Below, one piece after another: positions 29,288 to 38,034 of a stretch of DNA of 64,000 nucleotides. The position numbers were made by a program, and so were the translations under genes. Under the pieces are notes generated by a model. It was given only the letters and a program-made list of their open reading frames with translations, did no database searches and was not told the origin of the DNA. The DNA comes from an uncultured Gemmatimonadaceae bacterium (lineage in GTDB: Bacteria; Gemmatimonadota; Gemmatimonadetes; Gemmatimonadales; Gemmatimonadaceae), in the NCBI GenBank assembly GCA_963781585.1, contig CAWAGQ010000015.1, forward strand, positions 1-64,000, given 5' to 3'. Within the stretch, counting starts at the first letter, position 1, and each line of letters opens with the position of its first letter.

Positions 29288-30352
29288 TCACTTCGGCATC
29301 GCCAGGTACTTCGCATCCACATTCTCGAAGCCCCAGTCACGAAGCTGTCGCGCCCAGGTGCCGAGGTTGTCCCTGGTCACGCGAACCAGGTCCATCTGGA
29401 CGTGCGCCGGGACGTCCTTCTTGAGGTACACGTGATCGAAGATCGTCCGCACCGAGACATCGCCCCACAGATACACCGGCTGCGCCAGCAGCACCGGAGC
29501 CAGGCCGGCGTCCACGTAGGGCAGCTCGGCCGGGAGCGCGTCCACCGACACGATCTTCACTTTCGCCGCGCTCAGGTCGGTGAGCAGCGCCTTCGTGAAC
29601 AGCGCCCACCCACCGATCATCGCCCACCCCTGGATGTCGGGATACGCATTCTGCGCCCGGAGGACTTCGGCGGCCGCGTCCTGCGGCGTTTCGGCGTGAT
29701 AGAACGTGTTGAGAATCGTGATCCCCGGATACTTCGCCGCTTCTTCCTTCACCCCCTGCACCCGCTTCTGGAGATTGGGGGCGTTCTGATTCCCGGCCAG
29801 GATCGCGATCTTCCCCCGGCCGCCCATCTGGGTGGCCAGCTCCGACATCACCTGGCGTCCCATCGCCACGTCGTCGCCGCCGTAGAAGGAAAACCGCCTG
29901 GAGTCCGGCGCGTCGCTGTCGAACATCATGACCGGGACACCGCGCGCCACCGCGGCGTCGATCGCCCCGGTGACCTTGTTGGCGTCGCTGGTGGAGACCA
30001 GGATCGCGTTGGCGCCGTCGTTCACCGCCTGGGCGATGCGCTGGGCCTGGACCGTGCCGTCTTCGTTAGGCGGGGTGAGCCAGTCTACCCGCACGTCCAC
30101 CCCGTACTGCTTCGACAGATCGGCCGCCGCGCGGTCGGCCCCGGTCCGGGCCGCGAGGAAGACCGGATTGGTCGAGCTCTTGGCGATCATGGCGATGCGA
30201 AAGGTGCCGCCGCGCCCGGCGCCGGCCGCACCGCCTGACGAGGAATCGGCCGAGCCGCCCTCCTTCGCGCCCGAGCAGGCGCCCGCCAGCACCATCGCCA
30301 CGGCGCCGGCGACCAGCGCGCCGCGCCTCCCCAGCACAGTCACGTCAGACAT
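29288..30352 (-). CDS. Sugar ABC substrate-binding lipoprotein (RbsB-like)
   Basis: Lipobox AGAC; NPVF, GVPVMMFDSD, IVSVD, LAQP. Confidence 0.92.
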   Translation of the reverse strand: MSDVTVLGRRGALVAGAVAMVLAGACSGAKEGGSADSSSGGAAGAGRGGTFRIAMIAKSSTNPVFLAARTGADRAAADLSKQYGVDVRVDWLTPPNEDGTVQAQRIAQAVNDGANAILVSTSDANKVTGAIDAAVARGVPVMMFDSDAPDSRRFSFYGGDDVAMGRQVMSELATQMGGRGKIAILAGNQNAPNLQKRVQGVKEEAAKYPGITILNTFYHAETPQDAAAEVLRAQNAYPDIQGWAMIGGWALFTKALLTDLSAAKVKIVSVDALPAELPYVDAGLAPVLLAQPVYLWGDVSVRTIFDHVYLKKDVPAHVQMDLVRVTRDNLGTWARQLRDWGFENVDAKYLAMPK

Positions 30353-30376
30353 GCCGATTCTCCACGGTTGATGGGG

Positions 30377-31543
30377 TCATCCCGATGTCGTGCCCTCGGG
30401 CCCGCGCGCGGCGGTGGAGCGCGCGAGGCGCCGGGCCACCAGCCGGGACCCGCTGTGATCGATGACGACCGCCAGGATCAGCGCGCCGCCGATGATGATC
30501 CACTCGTAGTTCTGGTCGAGGTGCAGCGTGCGGATCGCCTGCCGGATCACCACGATCAGCAGCGCCCCCAGCATCGCGCTCACCGCGCTCCCGCGGCCGC
30601 CGTTGAGACTCGCCCCGCCCACCACCGCCGCCGCGATCACGTACAGCTCGTAGCCCGACGCGTCCGACGAGGTCGCCGACCCGTAGAACGCTGCGCCCAG
30701 GAACGCCGCGATCCCCGCAGTAAGGCTCGACAGCACGAACACGCCCAGCAGGATCCGATTCACGCCGAGCCCCGAAAACCGGCTGGCCTCGGCGTTGCCA
30801 CCGACCGCGAAGATGTGCCGCCCCATCACCGTCCGCGTGAGATAGAGCGCCCCCGCCGCCGTCACCGCCAGCATAACGAGCAACGGGACCGGATAGAGCG
30901 AGGCGCCCATCCCCAGCGACGCCTTGGCCACCGCGGTGAGCGACTGGGGCACCAGAATGCTCTCGGCATGGCTCACCACGAACGCCAGCCCGCGCAACAT
31001 CCACATCGTCCCCAGCGTGATGATGAACGGATGCACCCCCAATCCGATCACCATCAGCCCGTTGGCGAGCCCGGCGGCCAGACTCACCGACAGGCAGGTG
31101 GCGAGGCCCAGCGCCACGGTCGCGCCACCGCTCATCGGTCCGGCGGCGCGCAGCACCATCGCCATGATCACGCCCGACAGCGCGTAGACCGCGCCCACCG
31201 ACAGGTCGATCCCGCCCGCGATGATCACCAGCGTGGCGCCCACACCCATGATCGCAAAGCCGCTGGCATCGGTCGCCATCTGAATGAGCGTGTACTCGTT
31301 CAGGAAATTGTTGATCCGGTGTCCCGATTCCGGATCCACATGCGACCCGGCGGCCATGGTCAACCCGGCCCCCAGCACCAGCAGCACCAGCAGCAGACCC
31401 GCCTGCTGCGAGCGAATGAGCCGGCGTCCAATGGAGTCTCCTTCCGTCTGACGAGGGTCAGTCGCCCGGTCCGCGGGAGTTGCCGCCTCGATCGTGCCGG
31501 ATGACGGAATCGCGGGTGAGTTCGCGTCGACGGAAGGAGTCAC
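30377..31543 (-). CDS. Sugar ABC permease (RbsC-like)
   Basis: GGIDLSVG, PFIITLG, GGNAEASRFSG, YELYVIAAAVVGGASL; start uncertain (GTG 31543 or TTG 31576). Confidence 0.92.
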   Translation of the reverse strand: MTPSVDANSPAIPSSGTIEAATPADRATDPRQTEGDSIGRRLIRSQQAGLLLVLLVLGAGLTMAAGSHVDPESGHRINNFLNEYTLIQMATDASGFAIMGVGATLVIIAGGIDLSVGAVYALSGVIMAMVLRAAGPMSGGATVALGLATCLSVSLAAGLANGLMVIGLGVHPFIITLGTMWMLRGLAFVVSHAESILVPQSLTAVAKASLGMGASLYPVPLLVMLAVTAAGALYLTRTVMGRHIFAVGGNAEASRFSGLGVNRILLGVFVLSSLTAGIAAFLGAAFYGSATSSDASGYELYVIAAAVVGGASLNGGRGSAVSAMLGALLIVVIRQAIRTLHLDQNYEWIIIGGALILAVVIDHSGSRLVARRLARSTAARGPEGTTSG

Positions 31544-31560
31544 GGATGCGCCGGCTCTGG

Positions 31561-31584
31561 CGGTAAGCGTTTGCAACGTTACCG
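31561..31584. promoter_or_regulatory. Candidate LacI-family operator(s) between divergent sugar operons
   Basis: CGGTAAGCGTTTGCAACGTTACCG contains AAnCGnTT and GCAACGTTAC cores and is near-palindromic overall. Confidence 0.6.
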
Positions 31585-31664
31585 GGGCGTGACCGGGGTG
31601 TCAACGCGACTCCCGGCGGACTTCCGCTCGTCCTTGCGCGCGCGCTACTGTGTAGACGAAACCC

Positions 31665-33185
31665 GTGTCCGAGGTGCGCATGGCCCTGCATCAACTGGTC
31701 TCCAACGCCGGCGGCAAGGCGTCGCCGTCCCGCCTCCCCTCGCCGGCGCCGGCCCGGCCGCCCGCGGTCGCGGTGCGGCGCGCGATCGCGCTGATCGTGG
31801 GGAACCGCGGCTTCTTTCCCGGTCATCTGGTGCGGGACGGTCGGACCGACATGCTTCGCGTGCTCGCCGAGGAGGGGCTCGACGTGGTCGCGCTCGGCGA
31901 ACAGGACTCGCGTTACGGCGCGGTGGAGAGCCGCGACGAGGCGAAGGCGTGCGCGGCGCTCCTTCGCGAGCACCGCGATCGCATCGGCGGGATTCTCGTG
32001 ACACTGCCCAACTTCGGCGACGAACGGGCGATCGCCGAGACGATCAGGCTGGCCGGCCTCGACGTCCCGGTCCTGATCCACGCCACCGGGGATACCGCCG
32101 CCCGCATGACCATCGCCGATCGCCGCGACTCGTTCTGCGGAAAGATGTCGGTGTGCAACGTGCTCACGCAGTACGGCATCCCGTTCTCGCTCACCTCGCG
32201 GCACACGGTGGCGCCTGACGACGAACGGTTTCGGGGCGACCTGCGGCGATTCATGGCCGTGTGCCGGGTGGTGAACGGTCTGCGCACGGCGCGTATCGGC
32301 GCGATCGGCGCGCGTCCGGCGGCGTTCAAGACGGTGCGCTACAGCGAGAAGATTCTCGAGGGCGCCGGGATCGCAGTGGAGACCGTCGACCTCTCCGAGA
32401 TCCTCGGCCGGATTCAGCGGCTGGCGGACGACGATCCCGCAACCACCGCCAAACTCGACGCGATGCGCGCCTACGTCTCCACCGACGGCATTCCCGCGAG
32501 CGCGCTCACCAAGATGGCCAAACTCGGCGTGGTGCTCGACGGCTGGATGGCCGAAGCCGACGTCACGGTGACCGCCGTCCAGTGCTGGACCGCCATCGAG
32601 GAGTACTTCGGGGTGGTGCCCTGCACCCTCATGAGCATGATGAGCGACGAACTGGCGCCCAGTGCCTGCGAGGTGGACGTGTGCGGCACGCTCAGCATGT
32701 ACGCGCTGGCACTCGCCTCCGAGACCCCCAGCGCGCTGCTCGACTGGAACAACAACTACGGCGACGATCCCGACAAGGCGGTCTGCTTCCACTGCAGCAA
32801 CCTGCCGAAACACTTCTTTGCCGATGTCCGCATGGACTACCAGGAGATCATCGCCGGCACGGTGGGACGGGAGAACACCTACGGCACCTGCGTGGGCCGG
32901 GTCCGCGCGTCGCCGATGAGTTTCGCCCGATTCTCCACCGATGACCGCACCGGCCGGATCCGCGGCTACGTGGGCGAGGGGCGATTCACCGACGATCCCC
33001 TGGAGACGTTCGGCGGTGCCGGCGTGGTGGAGATCGCTGCGCTGCAGTCGCTCCTTCGCTTCATCTGCACGAACGGCTTCGAGCACCACGTGGCCGCGAA
33101 TCTGTCGTCGGTGGCCGACGTGGTGCACGAAGCCACCACGCGGTACCTCGGGTGGGACGTGCATCGGCATCCGTCGCCGGCATGA
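31665..33185 (+). CDS. L-fucose/L-arabinose isomerase family protein (FucI-like fold)
   Basis: IVGNRGFFP, NFGDE, RRDSFCGK, VQCW, ACEVD, FHC, FEHH; start uncertain. Confidence 0.85.
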   Translation: MSEVRMALHQLVSNAGGKASPSRLPSPAPARPPAVAVRRAIALIVGNRGFFPGHLVRDGRTDMLRVLAEEGLDVVALGEQDSRYGAVESRDEAKACAALLREHRDRIGGILVTLPNFGDERAIAETIRLAGLDVPVLIHATGDTAARMTIADRRDSFCGKMSVCNVLTQYGIPFSLTSRHTVAPDDERFRGDLRRFMAVCRVVNGLRTARIGAIGARPAAFKTVRYSEKILEGAGIAVETVDLSEILGRIQRLADDDPATTAKLDAMRAYVSTDGIPASALTKMAKLGVVLDGWMAEADVTVTAVQCWTAIEEYFGVVPCTLMSMMSDELAPSACEVDVCGTLSMYALALASETPSALLDWNNNYGDDPDKAVCFHCSNLPKHFFADVRMDYQEIIAGTVGRENTYGTCVGRVRASPMSFARFSTDDRTGRIRGYVGEGRFTDDPLETFGGAGVVEIAALQSLLRFICTNGFEHHVAANLSSVADVVHEATTRYLGWDVHRHPSPA

Positions 33186-34771
33186 CGATCGTCGCCGGCG
33201 TCGACTTCGGCACGCAGAGTGTGCGCGTGTCGATCGTCGAGCGGGAGACGGGCGTGATCGGGCACGGGGTCTCGGAGTATCCGGTCAACCGCAGTTCGTC
33301 GGATCCCGATTTCGCGACCCAGTCGCACCGCGCGCACATGGACGCGCTGGTGGACGCGATGACGATCGCCCTAGGTGAGGCGGGAGTGCAAGGCGGTGTG
33401 GTGCGGGCGCTGGCCCTCGACACCACCGGCTCGACGGTGATTCCGGTGGGTGAGGGGCTGGTGCCGCTCGACGATTACTACCTCTGGTGCGATCATCGCG
33501 CGAAGAACGAAGCCGCGCGGATCACCGAGGTGGCGCATGAGGAACGGCTGCCGGCGATCGAGTGGTGCGGAGGCGTCTATTCGTCGGAGTGGGGGTTCGC
33601 CAAACTGCTCCACTGGCTGCGGCACAATCCGGCGAAGCGTGGGGCACTAGTCGCGGCGCTCGAGCACTGCGACATGGTGGCCGCGGTGCTGTGCGGGATC
33701 ACCGATCCGGATGCCCTCCCCCGCAGCGTGTGCGCCATGGGGCACAAGTGGCTCTGGAGCGCCGAGCTGGGGGGCCTTCCGCCTAACGACTTTCTGCGCA
33801 GGGTGGACCCGCTGCTCAACGGCGCCGCCGCCTGGCTGCGCGGTCGCTACCGGACGTCGAATCATCTGGCCGGACACCTCACGACGGACTGGGCGGCGAA
33901 GCTCGGTCTCGCCCCCGGGATTCCGATTCCGGTGGGCGCCTTCGACGCGCACTGGGACGCCGTCGGCGCCGGGATCGCCGAGGGCGACGTGGTGAACGTG
34001 ATCGGCAGCTCCACCTGCATCATGGCGATGGCGAGGCGGGCGGAATGCGTCCCGGGCGTGTGCGGGGTGGTGCGCGGCTCGATTCACCCGGAGTTCATTG
34101 GTGTGGAAGCGGGACTGTCGGGCTGCGGCTACGTGTTCGAGTCGATTGCCGGCCGGGCCGGCAGGCCGCTGGAGGCGATGACGCGCGAACTCGAGCCGTA
34201 CCGTGCCGGCCAGACGGGACTCCTGCGCCTCGTCTGGGACAACGGCGATCGCACCGTGCTGGTGAACGCGAACCTGGGCGGCGTGACGCTGGGATGGCAC
34301 CTCAACCACACCGCCGTGGACGAGCTGTTCGCGGCGATCGAGGGGACCGCGTTCCACACGCGGATCGTCTTCGACCGCATGGCGGAGCACGGCGTCCCGA
34401 TTGCACGCGTCGTCCATGCGGGCGGCATACCGCAGAAGAACGAGACGCTGAATCGCGTTTACGCGAATGTCCTTGGCGTGCCGGTACTCATTCCCGAGCG
34501 GCCGATCACCAGCCTCGGGTCCGCCATCTTCGCGTTCATGGCGGCCGGAGCCTTCCCTTCTATAGAAGAGGCGCAGCGGGCGCTCTGTCCTCCCTACCGG
34601 ATCGTGGCACCGGATGCCGCCGAGCACGAGCGATACGCCCCGCTGCTCGAGATGTACCGCTCGCTCTATTTTGCGTTGGGGAGTCCGCGATCCGAGCCGC
34701 TGGCGACAGGGAACGTGCTGCCGCTCCTCCGGACTATCGCCGCGGAGGCACGTCGCGTGCAGGGCGACTGA
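33182..34771 (+). CDS. araB: Ribulokinase (FGGY family)
   Basis: GVDFGTQSVR, DTTGST, LWCDHRA, YSSEW, CAMGHK, FDAH, NGDRT, GGIPQKN. Confidence 0.88.
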   Translation: MTIVAGVDFGTQSVRVSIVERETGVIGHGVSEYPVNRSSSDPDFATQSHRAHMDALVDAMTIALGEAGVQGGVVRALALDTTGSTVIPVGEGLVPLDDYYLWCDHRAKNEAARITEVAHEERLPAIEWCGGVYSSEWGFAKLLHWLRHNPAKRGALVAALEHCDMVAAVLCGITDPDALPRSVCAMGHKWLWSAELGGLPPNDFLRRVDPLLNGAAAWLRGRYRTSNHLAGHLTTDWAAKLGLAPGIPIPVGAFDAHWDAVGAGIAEGDVVNVIGSSTCIMAMARRAECVPGVCGVVRGSIHPEFIGVEAGLSGCGYVFESIAGRAGRPLEAMTRELEPYRAGQTGLLRLVWDNGDRTVLVNANLGGVTLGWHLNHTAVDELFAAIEGTAFHTRIVFDRMAEHGVPIARVVHAGGIPQKNETLNRVYANVLGVPVLIPERPITSLGSAIFAFMAAGAFPSIEEAQRALCPPYRIVAPDAAEHERYAPLLEMYRSLYFALGSPRSEPLATGNVLPLLRTIAAEARRVQGD

Positions 34772-34798
34772 TCCATTGCCGCCATCGCCGTCGTGCGC

Positions 34799-35071
34799 TC
34801 AGTACTCCGCGTACGCGTCGTCCTGATAGCAATAGAGCCATCGCTCACCCGGCTCCGATGAGCACGCGACCGGGTGCCCACTGACGCGCGAGTGCCGGCT
34901 GGCGTGGTGGTTGGGCGACTCGTCGCAGCAGAGGGTCGCCCCGCAGTCCTGGCAGGTGCGCAGGTGCACCCACTCCGCGCCGATCTTCACGCACTCGTCG
35001 CACTGGTGCTTCTTCTCGTGCCTGACGGTCGCGATCGCGCCCAGGTGCGGGCACTCCGGATCTGAAATCAT
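34799..35071 (-). CDS. Stand-alone UBP-type zinc finger protein
   Basis: CPHL..CDEC..WVHLRTCQDCGATLCCDESPNHHASRH..HP..WLYCYQDD. Confidence 0.9.
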   Translation of the reverse strand: MISDPECPHLGAIATVRHEKKHQCDECVKIGAEWVHLRTCQDCGATLCCDESPNHHASRHSRVSGHPVACSSEPGERWLYCYQDDAYAEY

Positions 35072-35821
35072 CTAGTTCCCCGTCGGTCCAAATCGCTCGG
35101 TCCGGATCCGCGTTGCGTCGTGCCCGAGCTCGACAAGTCCGTTCGCCGCCGCCTCCACGAACGCGGTCGGACCGCAAATGTATGCCAGCGGCCGTTCCTC
35201 CGGAGGCCACGAGACATCACGCATCATATCCCGATCGATCCGTCGCCGGTATCCGGCCCACCGCTCCGGCCACTCCCGCGTGAGTGTGAAGCGAATGTCC
35301 GCCTCATGGTGGGCAGCCAGACGAGCGAGCTCATCCCGATAAATGACCTGCGACAGCGATCGGGCCGAATAGAGCAGTCGCGCCGGAACCGTGCTTCGCA
35401 CCGCCGCCCGGTGCCGCAGCATCGCGCGGAGCGGTACGATGCCGGAGCCGCCGGCCAGCAGGAGCAGCGGTCCGCCGAGCGGCTCGTGCCAGACGAAGTA
35501 CCCACCGATCGGCCCGCGCAGCTCGAGCTCCCCACCCGGCTTGAGCACATCGAACAGATAGGGAGACACTTCTCCTTCCTCGAGGCGCTCCACGGTGAGC
35601 ACGACCATCTCGTCCTCCGGCGCTGACGCGATCGAGTAGCTCCGCTCCGCCTGATATCCGTCCTCGGCCGTCAGGCGGACGTCCACATGCTGTCCCGCCA
35701 GGTGCCCGGGCCACTCCGGCATGTCGAGGACGAGGCTGCGCACGCGGCTGGTTTCATCGATCACATCGACGACTTTCGCGACGTGCCAGTTCAATCGCCC
35801 TGGTAGCGCTGCTCCCGCCAC
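35072..35821 (-). CDS. FAD/NAD(P)-binding ferredoxin-reductase-like oxidoreductase
   Basis: GQHVDV, RSYSIAS, GEVS, GPIG, AGGSGIVP, YICGP, ERF; GTG start 35821. Confidence 0.92.
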   Translation of the reverse strand: MAGAALPGRLNWHVAKVVDVIDETSRVRSLVLDMPEWPGHLAGQHVDVRLTAEDGYQAERSYSIASAPEDEMVVLTVERLEEGEVSPYLFDVLKPGGELELRGPIGGYFVWHEPLGGPLLLLAGGSGIVPLRAMLRHRAAVRSTVPARLLYSARSLSQVIYRDELARLAAHHEADIRFTLTREWPERWAGYRRRIDRDMMRDVSWPPEERPLAYICGPTAFVEAAANGLVELGHDATRIRTERFGPTGN

Positions 35822-36399
35822 GGGTCTCCGTAGTTGTGGTAGCCGTTTACCTCCCAGAACCCGGGCGCGTCGTCCTCGCGCAGCTCGATGCCGCGCACCC
35901 ATTTGGCGCTCTTCCAGAAATACAGGCGCGGGACGAGGAGCCGGGCAGGCCCTCCATGCTCGGGGTGCAGCGGCTGACCATCGTACTCGACCGCGATCCA
36001 CGCCTTCCCGCCGCTGATCTCCGCGAGCGGGAGATTCGTGGTGTAGCCGCCGTCGCTCCAGGCGACGACAAACCCGGCGTTCGCGTCAGGCACCGCCTGC
36101 GCCAGCAGCACATCGAGCGAGACCCCCGTCCACTGCGTGTCCAGCTTGGACCACTTGGTGACGCAGTGAATGTCGACGGTGAAGGACTCTCGAGGGAGCG
36201 CCATGAAATCGTCCCACGACCATGACCGCGGGTTCGCCACCGCGCCACGAATGGCAAAGCTCCACTTCTCGAGCGGCGTGCGCGGGGTAGGGCCCGCGGA
36301 AAGAACCGGAAAGTCGGTGGTGACGTACTGCCCCGGCGGTACGCGCGACGGATCGGCGGCCGTTCGTCTGCCGCGGAATCCGAAGGAGACGGGGGTCAT
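35791..36399 (-). CDS. Sulfite-oxidase-like molybdopterin oxidoreductase, no signal peptide
   Basis: PPGQY, DIHCVTKWS, YTTNLPL, EHGGPARL, YFWKSAKW, GFWE.NGYH. Confidence 0.92.
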   Translation of the reverse strand: MTPVSFGFRGRRTAADPSRVPPGQYVTTDFPVLSAGPTPRTPLEKWSFAIRGAVANPRSWSWDDFMALPRESFTVDIHCVTKWSKLDTQWTGVSLDVLLAQAVPDANAGFVVAWSDGGYTTNLPLAEISGGKAWIAVEYDGQPLHPEHGGPARLLVPRLYFWKSAKWVRGIELREDDAPGFWEVNGYHNYGDPWREQRYQGD

Positions 36400-36409
36400 G
36401 GGGAGCTCC

Positions 36410-38014
36410 TCACTTGGACAGCGGCAGCACGCTGATCGGAAACGAGCCGGTGAGCACGTGCCCGTGTCGCTTGACCTGGACCCAGATCGTGTACTCGCCG
36501 GGCTGCGGAAACGCGTACGGAAAATACAGGGTGTCGCTCATTGGTTCCGATGAGGGCATGACATGGGTCATGTCCATCGGCGCGCCCGGCGCCGCATGCA
36601 TGAGCCGCGCCTGGGCCGCGAGCGAGATGGTCCCGATCGGGTGGAGGTGCACGAACACCTGGCCGTCATTCCTCACGACGGCGGCGTGCGCCGCCATACC
36701 CATGTAGGGCTCCAGCCCGGTCGCGTCGCCTGTCGGCGGCGAGACGGCGAACCGCAGGTCTGCCTCATCGTTCGCGTGCAGGGGGGCCTGCGGCCGCAGC
36801 CAGGTCATCGTGCTGCCGTCCGCCAGCGTGCTGCCGCGCGGGTCAGGACCGGTCGATCCCAATGCCCACGAATCGTCGGGGTCCGGCGTCTGCTCCGGCG
36901 ATCCGGGCACGGCACTGGTTGCTGGTTCAGGCAGATCGACCTCCGACGTCAGCGTTTCCGCGAAGCCGCTCGCGTGGAGGATATCGCCGAATGCCCAATA
37001 GCGACCTGGCGGAAGCGGCGGGAGCGTGACCGCGAACGTTACCGAATCCGCCGTCCTGGGGTGGATGTGTGCGAGCGCCGCGCGTCCGCCCGCCGCGATC
37101 AGATACAGGTGAACGAGCTTGCCGTGATCTTCGATCAGCTCGCTGGGCGGCCGCAGTCCGCGCGCCCGCAGCCAGACCTCATCGTTGCGATGGATCCACG
37201 CCGAGTCCTCGATCGACAGCAGCAGGCGCGACGCGCGCGGACCCGGATCGACGCGGGAGCTGGCCGTCATCGGGCGATACAGCGTGCGGGCGAAGGTCGC
37301 GTCGGCCGAACGCCACCACAGCGCGGACCCGGTCAGCGCCAGAGCGATCACGACCACCGCGCGTGCCATGGCGAAGCGGGCACGGCGCCGGCGCGGCAGA
37401 TCGGGTTCTTCGCCGGGCGCGAGCACGCTCTCGCGCACCGCCGCCCCCACGATCGACACGACGCCTAACGCGAGAAAGAGGCCGGCCGCGATCAGCACGG
37501 CCGCAAGCGGCCGGCTGAACCCCAGCCGTCGCGACGCGACCGCCACCAGAGGTATCACCACCGAACCGGTCCCCTTCCCGCCGCGCACCCCCACGGTCAC
37601 GCTATTGGAGCCGGCGCTCATCACCCACAGCCGGGTGCGATACCAGCCGGGACTGCCGGGGACCGGCGCCGCCACGTCGGGCGGCGGCGCCCCACCGGTG
37701 GCGTCGAACTTGTTCGCGAACGCGGTGACCCGCTCCACCCCGGGCTCGTTCGCCCGCACATTCACGATTGCGATGCCGGGCACCACCGCCGGCGTCTGGA
37801 TGTGCACCAGCACATGGTACGGGCCCGCCGGCCCGTCGTACCACGCGTCGGGGCTGCCCACATGGGCCGAACACACCAGCACTGTTGCGGTGAGCATGGC
37901 GACCCGCTTGACGAGCGCTGGAATGCCGCCGCGACGGACGTACGGCTCGTGCCGCGGTCCCGTCCCTGCGGGGTGCGCCACAGGCGCGGCCGGCGACGGC
38001 CAGGCCACGGACAT
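36410..38014 (-). CDS. His-rich membrane-anchored periplasmic protein, putative copper-binding
   Basis: Signal-like segment ending VCSA-HVGSP; two central TM helices; HGKLVH..AHIHP and MGMAAH..VHLHP; start uncertain. Confidence 0.7.
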   Translation of the reverse strand: MSVAWPSPAAPVAHPAGTGPRHEPYVRRGGIPALVKRVAMLTATVLVCSAHVGSPDAWYDGPAGPYHVLVHIQTPAVVPGIAIVNVRANEPGVERVTAFANKFDATGGAPPPDVAAPVPGSPGWYRTRLWVMSAGSNSVTVGVRGGKGTGSVVIPLVAVASRRLGFSRPLAAVLIAAGLFLALGVVSIVGAAVRESVLAPGEEPDLPRRRRARFAMARAVVVIALALTGSALWWRSADATFARTLYRPMTASSRVDPGPRASRLLLSIEDSAWIHRNDEVWLRARGLRPPSELIEDHGKLVHLYLIAAGGRAALAHIHPRTADSVTFAVTLPPLPPGRYWAFGDILHASGFAETLTSEVDLPEPATSAVPGSPEQTPDPDDSWALGSTGPDPRGSTLADGSTMTWLRPQAPLHANDEADLRFAVSPPTGDATGLEPYMGMAAHAAVVRNDGQVFVHLHPIGTISLAAQARLMHAAPGAPMDMTHVMPSSEPMSDTLYFPYAFPQPGEYTIWVQVKRHGHVLTGSFPISVLPLSK

Positions 38015-38034
38015 CACCGCGACACGCACGCGTT

